Shown piece by piece: positions 44,291 to 55,885 of a DNA stretch of 64,000 nt (position 1 is the stretch's first letter; each line of letters begins with the position of its first letter). Under the pieces are notes generated by a model. That model was not told the origin of the DNA and made no database searches. It was given only the letters and a program-made list of their open reading frames with translations. Made by a program: the position numbers and the translations under genes. Source of the DNA: Yuukianura sp. NJ FZ-2021 (taxonomy: Eukaryota); NCBI GenBank assembly GCA_046563655.1, contig CM102290.1:6572001-6636000 (forward strand), written 5' to 3'.

Positions 44291-47200
44291 TTATTGAGAA
44301 ATATCTCTATGTCCAAATGCTAAAGTGTTAATTCTATCAACACCATATCGTTTGGTATCTAAACCGTTCAGAGCCCTTTTTAACGTTACTTCTGTGAAAA
44401 TTCTATGTTCCACACTTCTAAATCCTCTCATCCATACACGAGTTTGAACATCTTCCTTGAGGACTTTCTCAAAATCTTCATATGCTATTTGGTTGTTGAC
44501 AGCTGTTTTAGTTATTCCTTTGACTTTCTTCGTGCATTCGTCTTTGATGAACCAGCTGCCGTCAGTCTTCTTTTGGTAAATATTTTTCCCATCAAATCCT
44601 TTGCAGACTTGAAGTTTCAAGGATCTAATGGTGTACATTTTTGGACGAGGACAAACGACGTGAGTGACTACCGAACCGGCAGCTTCATCTTTGAATTTTC
44701 CCAAAACTTTCTTGTTGGTGGGGTCGTGAAACTCTCCAAAGATGGGGTGATCGGGTTCATATTCGCTCATGTCATACAAGTCCTTGTCATGGAGCATGTC
44801 TTGGTATACATCGTCAGTTTGGATGTGATAGATGAAGGAATCTGAAATAAAAAGTTAGCTTTAGTTTAAAGTTAAATTATTGAATAGTATAACATTTACC
44901 TGTGTCAGTATAAATAAGGCGACACTTCTCGACGCCGTATTTCGCCTGTATAGTGTAGTGATGTCGATACATGATGCTCTTTGCCAGTTCAAGCACTGTT
45001 ACCCCCGTAAATATCGGTTTGTTCAAAGTAACTTGAAGTCTCTTCATCATAAAGATGCATGTTGACTCGTTAATTGGGATGACATTCTGGACGGTGGGTT
45101 TCTTGTTGTAACGTAGAGCTTCTTCCATTGATGTAACGATACGAACATTCTGACGCTTGCGTACTTGCTCAATGGTTTTACCAAACGCAGAGTTGTTGAG
45201 GAGTTTCCAATAATCCTTTTCAAAGTCTGACTTTGCCTTTTTTCTCATTTCGGTGTTAAAGTCGATAAAGTCCTTCATCCATGGTCTCTGCTTGAAGGAA
45301 ATTCCGCGGTGAAGTTTTGTAACTTTAACTCCAAGCTTCAGGTACTCCATCAAAATGGCGTGATGTAGAATATAGTTTTTCTTATTGTTTAGATCTGCCA
45401 CAAGTTTCTTAACTTTGAAAATTCCAGGACCTGTGTCGAGTTTTTCCGTCAATTGTATTTGGTGACTGGACAGCTCGCTCTGTGCAACTGTACGGTTAAC
45501 TGGAGCTGGAGGAAAATCATTCAGCTTGTCATGCAATAAAGGGTCAATTTCCAAATCGACTTCAACCATGTATCCTTTTTCATCGTTCATGATAAAATGG
45601 TTTTCTTGAAGTTTCATCAACTCCTCTTCTGTTAGCCAGCGAAATTGTCCAGTTGGAAGCGGAAGACTCATGCTTTTGCCCTAGTGAAAAACGTTAGATA
45701 ATAATTTTTCATGGACGTTGGATACCAAAATGTTGAATACTCACATATAAGTTATTGGCATCGATGTAGAGGAGGTAACTGGATTCCTTTTCTGGATTGT
45801 ATTCATCTCCCATGTACTTGTTGTTTGCTCTTGCCTCTCGCATTGATCCGACGCTAACGTATCCACCTATAAATAAAATGAATCAGAAAATGTCTTCCAA
45901 TTGGTTAAGTTTATAGGTTTTACCTCTAATAGCATGCTCCAGCCAGCAATGCATGGTTGGATCCGTGATTAGCTCCAATTCGACTCCTGATTTCTTGAGA
46001 ACGCAGTCCATCGCCATTATAGGTAACGAGAAATAATGGGCCAGGTCCAATTCGTAAGCATCAAACATTATTTTTCGGATTCCTTCCATCACATCAGCCA
46101 GAAGCGATACATCTAGCCTGACGTACAAGTCATGCCAATCTCCCATGTCTTGAATGTTGAAGCTTTTCCAGACTTTCTGAGCGTGTTGATAAGCGGCATT
46201 ATCAATGTGTGATTCCGCCAAGTCATTGTAGAAATCTTCTTTTGGTGGTAGATTTTTGATTTTGAAATCCTTGCAAGACTTCATGAGGGAATAAGGGTAA
46301 ACACCCTTTTCGAAGAGAAGTTCAATGTCATCGTGTTGTGCAAACTCTTGTCTTGTGATTGGAAATTTTGCATTGGGATCAGCTCGCATCACTTTGACAA
46401 GTTTGTCTAATGATTTCAATGTAAATCCAAGACTGTCTGTAAACCTCAGCTTGAAGGGTTTCTTCTGCCAGCGAGGTGGTTCTTCGTCCTCATCGAAATC
46501 ATCGTGGTACGCAGGAACAATGCTCAGCGACATGTATTTTTCACTGCTCTTAGGGATAACAGTGATGTCCTTGATGATTCCGTCTTGTCTGAGCTTTCCA
46601 GCCGATTGCACAATGAAGTGAACATCATATGATGAGAAGTTATGCATAAAGACGGGAAACTCCTATTTGATTTGCGCTTGGAGGTTACAGTCTTGGTGAG
46701 CCATCCCGATGTAGTTGAACGGTGGAAGATGTGAATGGTGTCGTACTTTAGTTCCATCCAATGGCTTCTTGCAGAAACAACAATGTTTTTCAATGGCAGC
46801 AGCACTTCTTTGCGTTGGAGTCAGATTTAACATGTCTGGAGCAATTTTTTCGTAGTACCGAACTTCCTCTTCCAGTGTTTTGGAGTACTCAGTTATGCTC
46901 TGAATGAATTTGGCGGCAACGTCTTCATCATCGTTGGTGATATGATAATATTCACCATGTCGTCGTTTTCCATTGAAGTCCACGCAAACCCATGCATATC
47001 CACACGGCTTGTGTAGGTGAGTGCAACACTTATTTACAGGTTGAACTGGTCTTCCACGTATCTCTTCTTTGAGTTGTCGGCGCTCTTCCTCTTCTATAGT
47101 TGATGGATTAAACTTTGGGAGGAATGCTTCAAAGTCTGCGTAGAACCGAAATGGAACTGGCTGAGTTCTGGCCCAGTTGTTGAAAGTCAATTTGTTGTCA

Positions 47201-48555
47201 GTAGGATACACAACTTTTTGAAGATCTAAGGAAGCGCAATACTGGATGTGGTCCTGAAGAGTGTGAGCTGATTGAAAATTGGAGAGGCAGTTGCGACAAA
47301 TATGCTTCACTTTGTGATCATTCGGGGCTCTCATTAAAGCTTCAAGGTTTCGAATCAGGATGAAGTGTGCGTTGTTTCCTTGCATTAGACACATCAAGTC
47401 GACATGTATGTCTTTCGACTGTTGAGAATTGTACAGTAATGAAATCTTGCTTTGTATAAAATTGAATGATTCAATTTTGCTCAGCTTCTGTAAAATCATG
47501 TCATCACCATCCATGTCATAACCAAGAACGGTTATAGAAATGTTCGGGTTGAGTTCTTCAAAGTGAGGGATCTGCTCCAAAGTCATCGGAAAATGGAGTC
47601 CTTTAGTGTTCAACTTGTATTCATGTGGCTGGTATGTTTTCACTAGCTTGTCAATACGGCACCTATGATTGTTTCCACCAGCTGGAATGCCACCGATTTT
47701 GTCATGAGCGAGCACTGACCAGATGAAGCATTTGTTGTGGGAATCGTCCATTGACACTTTGCTGTTGTTGATGTTAAGAAGAACTTTTTGAGTCGATAGT
47801 GGGTATGGGGTATCCATGTATGTACCAATCTTGGTGAATTGATACTTTGAAGTGACAAATCCAAATTTCAAAATGGAATCCAGAGTCCAGCCGCTTCCTT
47901 CATTTGTGAAGTCTTCAATTTGATCTGACATTTGGTTGCACATGATTGACCAAACTTTAGGTAGCATGTTTGCATTGAAGACAAGGTGTCGATATGATGT
48001 GAATCCAGCATCTTTTGATTCAACTGTTCCATCTGCGTGTGTCTTTATGAAGTGACACCCCAAGGTAAAAAATATCCTTAGGTTCTTCCATCTGGAGATG
48101 TCTTCTTGGATGACTTCATATGATGATTGCTTCACATTTGCGAAAAAATCTCTCTCGTCGACACCTTCACCGCATTGAAATGCATCATGTTCTGCCAAAT
48201 ACTTCCGACTCATTTTCAGAGATTCCAACACTAGTTTTACAGTTATTAGATCTGTTGACACTCCTCCGCCATCTTGAATGTTGAAGTCTGGGTGAGTTGT
48301 GTAGAAATGTTCTTGAAGTTTATTCCGGCAATTAAATGAAAGTCCACAAGTATAGCAAAACAAATGGCGATATTCTTGTAGAATACTCTCGTTTGTGACA
48401 TCGTAACCTGGTGGAGCTGGTTCAAGACAGTTTTTATGGACTGTGTCAAAATGTAGTTTTAATAATGGTCGAGAGGTAAATCCATGAGCGCACAGTATGC
48501 AGTTAAAGAGTTTCTTGGATGGACCAACAATTGATGTTCCTTGGCGCTTCGACAT
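44291..48555 (-). CDS. polB: Protein-primed family B DNA polymerase, 4 exons, about 1361 codons, one in-frame TAG (46665-46663)
   Basis: Exons 48555-45924, 45866-45745, 45680-44900 and 44841-44291 splice in frame, restoring IRGG, YIDANNLYG and YTDTDS. Also YADFE, HNFSSYD, KLLNNSAFGK and two N-terminal C2H2 fingers. Confidence 0.94.
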
Positions 48556-48849
48556 TATGACAATAGCAAGTGTTTAGGACAATAAGAATCTTAGGACAAC
48601 TGAATATTTGAGGAGTTTTTCAGAGACTGAAAGTCTCCGAAAAAGTTGGTGGTATTATATCTCTAGTCAGAGCCGACCCCCTAAGCTGACCCCCTAAAAG
48701 AGTGGGTGAAGGTTTAGCCTTTTTCCTTCCTTTGTGTTAATTAGTTTTGGAAGTCTTAATTGGTCTTGAACGGAAGTGTTAATTAGTCTTAATTAATGTT
48801 CATGCTGGTCCCAGGAAGTCTTAATTAGTCTTAATTAATCTGACTTGTA

Positions 48850-48926
48850 GGATCTCACGCCAGTGGTTTTAAACCTTATGGGTCCAAAGGTCGATTTGGC
48901 GTGAAAGTCCCCTCTAGGCTACTACT
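48850..48926 (-). repeat. Right TIR of element 2
   Basis: Ends CTACTACT followed by TSD GTGTC. Confidence 0.97.
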
Positions 48927-49394
48927 GTGTCTCGTTTTGGAGTTACCGATTAACCGAAAAACTATCAAGAGACTACGAGTTTATTGGCACGTATCCGTTC
49001 CAGTATGCTGTGCGTAAAAAGGACCGGCAGTCCAAAAATCCAAGATACACTATGAGAAGGTTTGTCCCGATTTTTTGTTTCTGAAATATCTTCGGTATAT
49101 CAAAACATATTCGACATTTTTTTACTTTTTGTTGCAGAAAAGTCTTCATTCAAACAAGACGAGACGATGTTAGTGATGACTCTGCCAATACTTACATTAT
49201 GACCATGCCTACCTATGCTGGAGAACACACCAGAGTAAACAAACTTTTTAAAAACGATTTAGTTGAGTAATTAATTGATTTAGTGTTTGATTATCGTCCT
49301 TGTAGGATTATACTCGGACATACCGCTCATGTCGTCATGTCCTGTACCGATCATCCTGGCAAATTTTTCAAAATGTGAATTTTTTAAACTTACC

Positions 49395-49621
49395 AAACTA
49401 TGAGAGAACATAACTAAAGGAAAAGACGATAAGCGTCCATTTCCATTTTGAGTCGACGAGCGTCGTGAAAATACCGCGAATGTATCGGCGCGTCCGTTCA
49501 AACACGTTCACTTGGCGCGTATTGTAAACACCCGATTTTTGAAAATATCTGTTACGACAGTGCTCTGCGTCATCTAGCCCGCGGTCACGTCGTTGACCTT
49601 CAAATCTATCAGAGTAAAACC
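49395..49621 (-). pseudogene. Inward-rectifier K+ channel N-terminal exon (fragment)
   Basis: RYFQKSGVYN...RRYIRGIFTTLVDSKWKWTLIVFSFSYVLSW; pore exons not found. Confidence 0.75.
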
Positions 49622-50334
49622 TGTTAAAATGTAAATTACATAAATACATCATGTGTAATTCAAGCACAACCAATCACAATTAACATTGCGTTATTAAGTA
49701 GTAACCATCAATTACCGTTAAACGTAGCACCTTGAGCCACCAACTTAATTGGTTGTACTTTGTTATTGAGTTGAAACGGAGGACTGACTTGGATAAGTGC
49801 TGCATCGTAATCAACAGTTTGTCTGAAATTTCAAGAAAATTTTCAATTTCATTTCAAAATTTTTATGAAAGTATATAACTAAACAGCGACCAAACGTAGT
49901 CGAATTTTGACTTACGAATTGTACGACTTGTGTGTGATAACATGAACAGCGCTCCAAATTTGCTCGTTGCCATTTGGGTGAAGAAGGGGAAACTTGAATT
50001 AGTTTTGCTACAAAAATCCCTTCATACAGGACCACTCCACGAATTCTTAGTCCTTTCCCCTATCTCTTCCCCTAAGGAATTTACTCCCCACCAAAGAGAA
50101 AATTTTGACTGGGGGTAATAACGCACACGGTAGGATGACGTCGTAATCGTATCGTAACTTTGTTTACTTCTACTATTTAAAAAACACAAAACTGTTGAAT
50201 AACGTCGTTTGCTGTTTAGTTGTTCAGATGAGCGGATCAGCCTTTCAGACTTACTTACGTAGGTAGTGTGTCTTGTATTAGCCTTGGTGTTTTATTTCGT
50301 TCAACTGTCGTTACCTTCGTTTCAATTAGCTTAA

Positions 50335-50919
50335 ATGGGGAATCGATATCCTGTACCACTCGATGAACTGTTCCGGATTAACCTCGACGCGTGTAATAAT
50401 TTTCCGGATTTATTTCCACATCTTTCTAAAATAACAACCTTGTTCGAGAATGATGACAATAAGAACGACCGCTATTCGATCTCCTTGTATGACTTCGTCG
50501 AAGCTCTGACGACTAAACAGGAGCCTGTTGGAGTGCAGAAACATAAGTTTATCCAAGCGTTTGTAAGTTTTTACCACAAGAATTTGATTTATTCGGAATT
50601 CGGGTGGATTCCAGCTTCAGGAGTGTTTTATTTGTTTGTTTGTTTGTTTTTTTATTTGCAGACGACGTTTAATTTACTACGGCAGATTTTGGTGTCTAAG
50701 CAAGATGAAGATCAAGAGAATATTCTAACATCTCTAACTCAAGATGGATACAAGGCTGATTATTGCGCGGAAACAATGTATCCAACGTTCGTAGGTCCAT
50801 CTTTAATGGGAAGCGTTTTTACCTACCGTGCTGTTCTCTTTCAACTGGACTTACGGAAATATGGTTACTCGGTTCAGGTCTGTAAGAATGAAAACGTCAA
50901 TTGTAAACCGATGCATTAG
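50335..50919 (+). CDS. Hypothetical protein, probably with an in-frame intron (about 50563-50661)
   Basis: 194-aa ORF containing GTAAGT...TTGCAG; no recognised domain. Confidence 0.4.
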   Translation: MGNRYPVPLDELFRINLDACNNFPDLFPHLSKITTLFENDDNKNDRYSISLYDFVEALTTKQEPVGVQKHKFIQAFVSFYHKNLIYSEFGWIPASGVFYLFVCLFFYLQTTFNLLRQILVSKQDEDQENILTSLTQDGYKADYCAETMYPTFVGPSLMGSVFTYRAVLFQLDLRKYGYSVQVCKNENVNCKPMH

Positions 50920-51169
50920 ATACTCCAAGCAAGCAGTTTTTTCCTGTTCTTAGCCAACGGTTAGGTTTAGTGTAAATTTAATTTTCAAGTTGCATTTTCA
51001 AATTTCAAGTCTGTCTTGTACTTAAAACAAAACTAGTGTTCCCCAATCCAAGCAGTAATCTCAATTGTCAACTTACCCAATACTATGGTTGTTATTAACC
51101 AAACAAAAATTAAACACATTAAAAATTAAAAATTAAAATTAAATTCTTCTCACATTGTTTCGTTCTAAA

Positions 51170-51573
51170 CAGTGTTGGTGGATATCCACTTTTTCGACAT
51201 TTCATCCACGGCTGGATATCCAGTGGAAGAAATGGACGAAATGGATGAATCCAAAGGGGCGGAGCTTTGCCCTCTGAATTTGAATTAGTTGACTAGAAAC
51301 AACTAAAAAACGTGAAAACACAGTTCAAAAACTAAGTATATATCGTTTTTAAATACGTTTTAAATAATATATTAACTATAATCGCGAAAGTAAAGCTTTC
51401 TGATATCATTTCGTAAATTTAAATTTGAATTGATTTGAATTTCGAATTTCGAAAAAATTTGTGATTTCTTCCATCCACTTTTAGTTTCGTCCATTTGGGG
51501 TGCGTTTCTTCCAGTGGATATGCACTGGAAGTGGCAATTAAGCCACTGGACGTTTAAGCGTCCACCAACACTG
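51170..51573. mobile_element. hAT-type MITE
   Basis: TIR CAGTGTTGGTGGA; 8-bp TSD GTTCTAAA (51162-51169 and 51574-51581). Confidence 0.9.
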
Positions 51574-51964
51574 GTTCTAAAATCTAGGCAGATTTCTGGA
51601 TGGTAATACAGTGTGCGGGAGTGTACAAATTTTAAACGATGAGCACTTACCCGATAGAACTTGAGCGTGAAGGTACATGACGAGGTCCTCATTCGGTTTT
51701 GGATCCCTGTATTACTGACTGACAAGACAAATCTGCTTGACGAACTATACCCAGTTTACAGGGATAAAAGCTGAACCCTTTCTAATGGACTTTTGAAAAA
51801 TCCAAACTGACAGAAGAAACTTGTCAAATTGAATTGAACAACTTTTGTATAATTTGTACCGGAAGTGATGCTGCTCGTTGAAGTTTTCAAGTTATGTGTA
51901 AGCTAGTCTTCCAGCCTTTGTGATCTGTTCAAGTGCCAAAGTGAGTAGACACGATGCTGATCAG

Positions 51965-52469
51965 CAGAGCCCCAAAAAATATTTTCTATAAACTACCGAA
52001 ATATTTATTTAAATATTTCCTAAAAACTGGCAAAATATTTGCTTAAATATTTACCAAAAACAACAATATTTCTGTAAATTAAAGCATTTAGGCGCCCAAA
52101 AACACACAATATGTGGTTTAGCATTGTACAAATTGTTCGAACTATTAATTTGTGCCGTTGATTTACTCAAAAGGAATTGCTTTTAAAAATTTATATCGTT
52201 TTAGTGAATCCCTTGAAGGAATTTCGGCGGTTGCTTTGCAAAAAATATTTTCCAAAGTGCTGTTTGTTAAGAACGGCATATCGTCATCTTCTTCATTGAC
52301 CCTCCATATCGAAAAATATTGGTTCTTGCCCGAAATTTGACCTAAAACACAAATATATTTCAAAAACTCCAAAATATTTAGTAAATATCTCTTATTTTCA
52401 AAAATATTTATAAAAAATTAATATTTAAAATATTTAAAATATTGATAAGAAATATTTTTTGGGGCTCTG
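51965..52469. mobile_element. hAT-type MITE
   Basis: TIR CAGAGCCCCAAAAAATATTT; 8-bp TSD CTGATCAG; internal AAATATTT motifs. Confidence 0.88.
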
Positions 52470-52668
52470 CTGATCAGTATAAGGATAAGTGATAAATTAT
52501 TTTTACAGGTCAACTTTGAATGGGAGGCGGACTTGGCGCGTATAATTTCAACAGGATCTATACTATTTTTATTTCAATTTACTCCAAACAGTAGAACAAT
52601 TCATAACAAGTTATTAATAAACTGCACACATTTTGAAAATCTTTGTGAAAACCCAAGGTGTTATAATA

Positions 52669-52888
52669 CAGGGTATGGCATCCAAAAGTAGACACCTTAA
52701 ATTCGTTGTTAGTGGTAACCGACGAAAACATGGTAAATAATGGGGGGGAGAATTTAGCCAAATTCAAAAATTGTCAAAAGTCAAAACAATTTTTTACCGA
52801 AGCGCTTCGGTGCAAGTTTCCTCCCAGAGTTACGAAAATAAACAAAATATTTATAATTGAGGTGTCTACTTTTGGCTGCCACACCCTG
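52669..52888. mobile_element. Tc1/mariner-type MITE
   Basis: 29-bp TIR CAGGGTRTGGCAKCCAAAAGTAGACACCT with TA on both sides. Confidence 0.88.
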
Positions 52889-53526
52889 TATAACTTCAAA
52901 TTTACGCTACAAAAAGGTGAAAACTTCAAATTTGCGCTACAATATGGAGTTTTTGTTCAAAAACAGATCGGTGATTTTTCGAAATTGATCAAAACTTGTA
53001 CAGGTTTTTGACAATTAACGGCACAATTTATGTTGGCTTAACTTTTAATTGACTCGATCTGTGTGACCTCTACGACAAAGTTTTTTCGTGACTCTGAAAT
53101 ACACTTTGCTTGGACTTGATTTTGAATTTTTGAAAAAAAAAATCATTTCGTTTTTATAAAATTTTTAATTAAGAAAAAAGTAAAGAAGGGAGAAGGGAGG
53201 ATAATAAAGGAGATGGGAGGTGGTTAAAATTGTTGTTTTTGTGAGTGAGGCTATAAAGTCTAAAAAAAACAAATCTAAAATTCCTTGGAGGAAATTAGGA
53301 GACGCAAAATGTACAATTAAAATTCAACTTCCAGATTTCGAGAAGGTAAATCATTCCTTCTGTCTGCTCACCTCCGTACAAAAAAGACGACAGCGGATGT
53401 CATCTTCAGTGTGACGCCACTGGTGGAAGTATGTTTTGCAACATAAATTCAAAATTTAAACCTCAAATTTGAATCTTCAGATAATTCAAAATAATTTATG
53501 TTTCAAAATTTTAATTTTTTTTTCAG

Positions 53527-55170
53527 ATTCCAGTCATCTTTGTAGCGCTGCACAGAAGAGATTATGCGCCGATGGGAACTATGGCAAGAATGCCCAATGT
53601 ATTGATGGAGCCTGCGTTTGTAAATTGGGATTTGGTAAGGTTTAAGTTTTTTTTTTCAATTTTTTTTTGTGTAATTTTTTGAAATTTTGAAAACTGTAGA
53701 AGGAGATCCATACTCCAAGTGTGAGGACATGAACGAGTGCGAGGAAGATGTTTGTGGTGTCCATGCGCACTGCATCAACATGCCAGGAACATACGACTGT
53801 CGTTGCCCTTTGACCCTTCCACTCGGAAATCCATTTGTAGAGTGTTTCTCGGAGTCACAAAATCTCGTTGATTGTGGACGGAGTCAGTGTGTAGTTGTGG
53901 TGGTGAAAGTGGGAAATATCCTGTTCAGAAGGATGTACATGTAAAAGTGGCCTCTGCATAGACGAATGCGAAGGAGTCAGTTGCGGTGCAAACTCTGTTT
54001 GCTCCGGTGGAAAATGTTTTCGTCTTGACAACTGTATGGAATTCATTTGTCTGCTCATCTGGTCTGCATAACTCAGTATTAAAAAAAAAGTTTAAAAAAA
54101 ATATTTTTTGAAAATTTTGATTTGATTTTTTTCAAAAAGGAAATCTTGATGACCGACTTGGTTGCGTGGAAGTATTTAAAAATGAATGAACAAAGGAAGG
54201 AACAAAATGTCAACTTGTTTGGGTAGAGGTCAAATGCAGTCCAAATGCCGTTTGTATCTCAAGGAATTCCAATTTTATTCAAAAAAAAGTTTTTCGAAAT
54301 TTTTATGTTTTGGTGTAAATTGTAGACAACCATGCTGCTCAATGCCAATGTCTACCGGGAAAATTCAAAGGCGACCCATACGATCTGTCCAAAGGTTGCT
54401 CCCCGGTTCCTTGTATCTACAATTCGGATTGTCAACCGCATCAAACGTGCAATCGGCTCCAATCGGCATGTCACGACGTCTGTACCAACGACAGTTGTGG
54501 AAAAAATGCACTCTGCATTCCCGAAAAACATACTTATCGAATCGCATGTGCACCAGGATTTACAGGGGCAGAGCCAGAAAGTGCCTGTGAGCCAATCAGA
54601 GACTGCACAAGCCAAAACCCATGACATTCTTCAGCTATTTGTATTCAAGAATCAAATGAAGTCAAATGCATTTGTCCAGGAAGGGAAGGTGATCCTTATG
54701 TAGGGGGATGCGAGGTCAAAGGTCAAGGTCAAAATGACGACATCGCAAACATTTGTACGGCGGACAACGAGTGTCCGGACGGATTTTAGTGTCGAGATGG
54801 CAACTGTGTAGATCTTTGTCCAGGCCAATGCGTTGGAAAACATGCAATTTGTAATGTCGTAGATAACGTGGCAACTTGTTCATGTCAAGAAGGATTTGAA
54901 CCCATGATGAGACACAATCGAACGAGCAAACAATGTGTATGCGCCTCACGACAAAATGTTCCGCGGACAACGACTGCGTGGATAGAATATGCGTGGACAA
55001 ACAATGTAAAGTCATTTGCACTACCAAATCGGACTGTGGCTCAGACGAAGTTTGTCTATTTGGAATGTGCATGCTTCCATGCATTGCCCATGCGCAGTGT
55101 CCTACTAGCCATGCATGTGCTGGAGGGTACTGCGTCATCGGATGTAGAAGTAACCAAGATTGTTCTAAAG
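53527..55170 (+). pseudogene. Degenerate dumpy-like EGF/Cys-rich repeat gene fragment
   Basis: GDPYSKCEDMNECEEDVCGVHAHCINMPGTYDCRC...GNPF and several further Cys-rich repeats with frameshifts. Confidence 0.75.
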
Positions 55171-55885
55171 ATAAAGAAAAATGGAACTGACTCCACTTAT
55201 TTCTTGAACTTTGACCTCTGCTACACTTCTTCTGTTGACAAAGTTGTCTGCTATTGCTATGGCCAGTTTTACTTGGAGCTCTTTTCGCTGAAATCCGGGC
55301 AGAACGTTTTGCCTCCCGTCTGCATCAATCACAACGTTGAATTCAAAAAAGTTAAGAGGATTATCTGTCGGAGCGGTGGTAGCAGCTCTCCATCCGCCTC
55401 GTTTGACCTTGACCTCTGGGTCATAGACGCCTCCTGGGTTATCTATATTTTCAAGGTCACTGACCTCTCCGAAGTCATCGCCCTCTGGTTCTAGCAGGTT
55501 CAGGAACTCAATTTCAGTGAAAACTTCTACTCGCAGGGTAAGAGCAATCTTGAGTAGAATGCATTGCAGTTGCGCAATACTCACGTGATCAATTGAACCC
55601 GGACAGAACTTTGGACAAAGTCGCTTGACCCCAAAGTCACGCATGTCACTCAAAACAAACGGCCAAAGGTGAAGCACGTTCTTACGTGTAAATGCTGATC
55701 GTTCTTCAATGATAACGACGCGTGCGTCCAACAGTTGTCCTTCGATTGCGGAGCGCAAGCCGCATGGTCCGGCGCCAATGACGAGTACATTGGAGTCTGC
55801 GCGGCCGCGACTGTAAGGTTTGGAGTTGTGCCGACGGTCGAACTTGGCAAAAAGTTCTCGGAGGTCAGCCGAGTTCAAAGTCCCC
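55168..55885 (-). pseudogene. Mical: MICAL flavoprotein monooxygenase domain fragment (3'-truncated)
   Basis: VLVIGAGPCGLRSAIE...FTRKNVLHLWPF...KFCPGSIDHVSIAQLQCILLKIAL...KLAIAIADNFVNRRS.AE..VQEISGV. Confidence 0.88.

Larger units (their letters stand above)
38467..48926 (-). mobile_element. Reduced Polinton-like element (10,460 bp): pPolB + ZnF-ATPase + ZnF protein + two orphan paralogs; no integrase, capsid or protease
   Basis: 77-bp TIRs (38467-38543 and 48850-48926, one mismatch) starting AGTAGTAGCC; 5-bp TSD GTGTC at 38462-38466 and 48927-48931. Confidence 0.95.
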
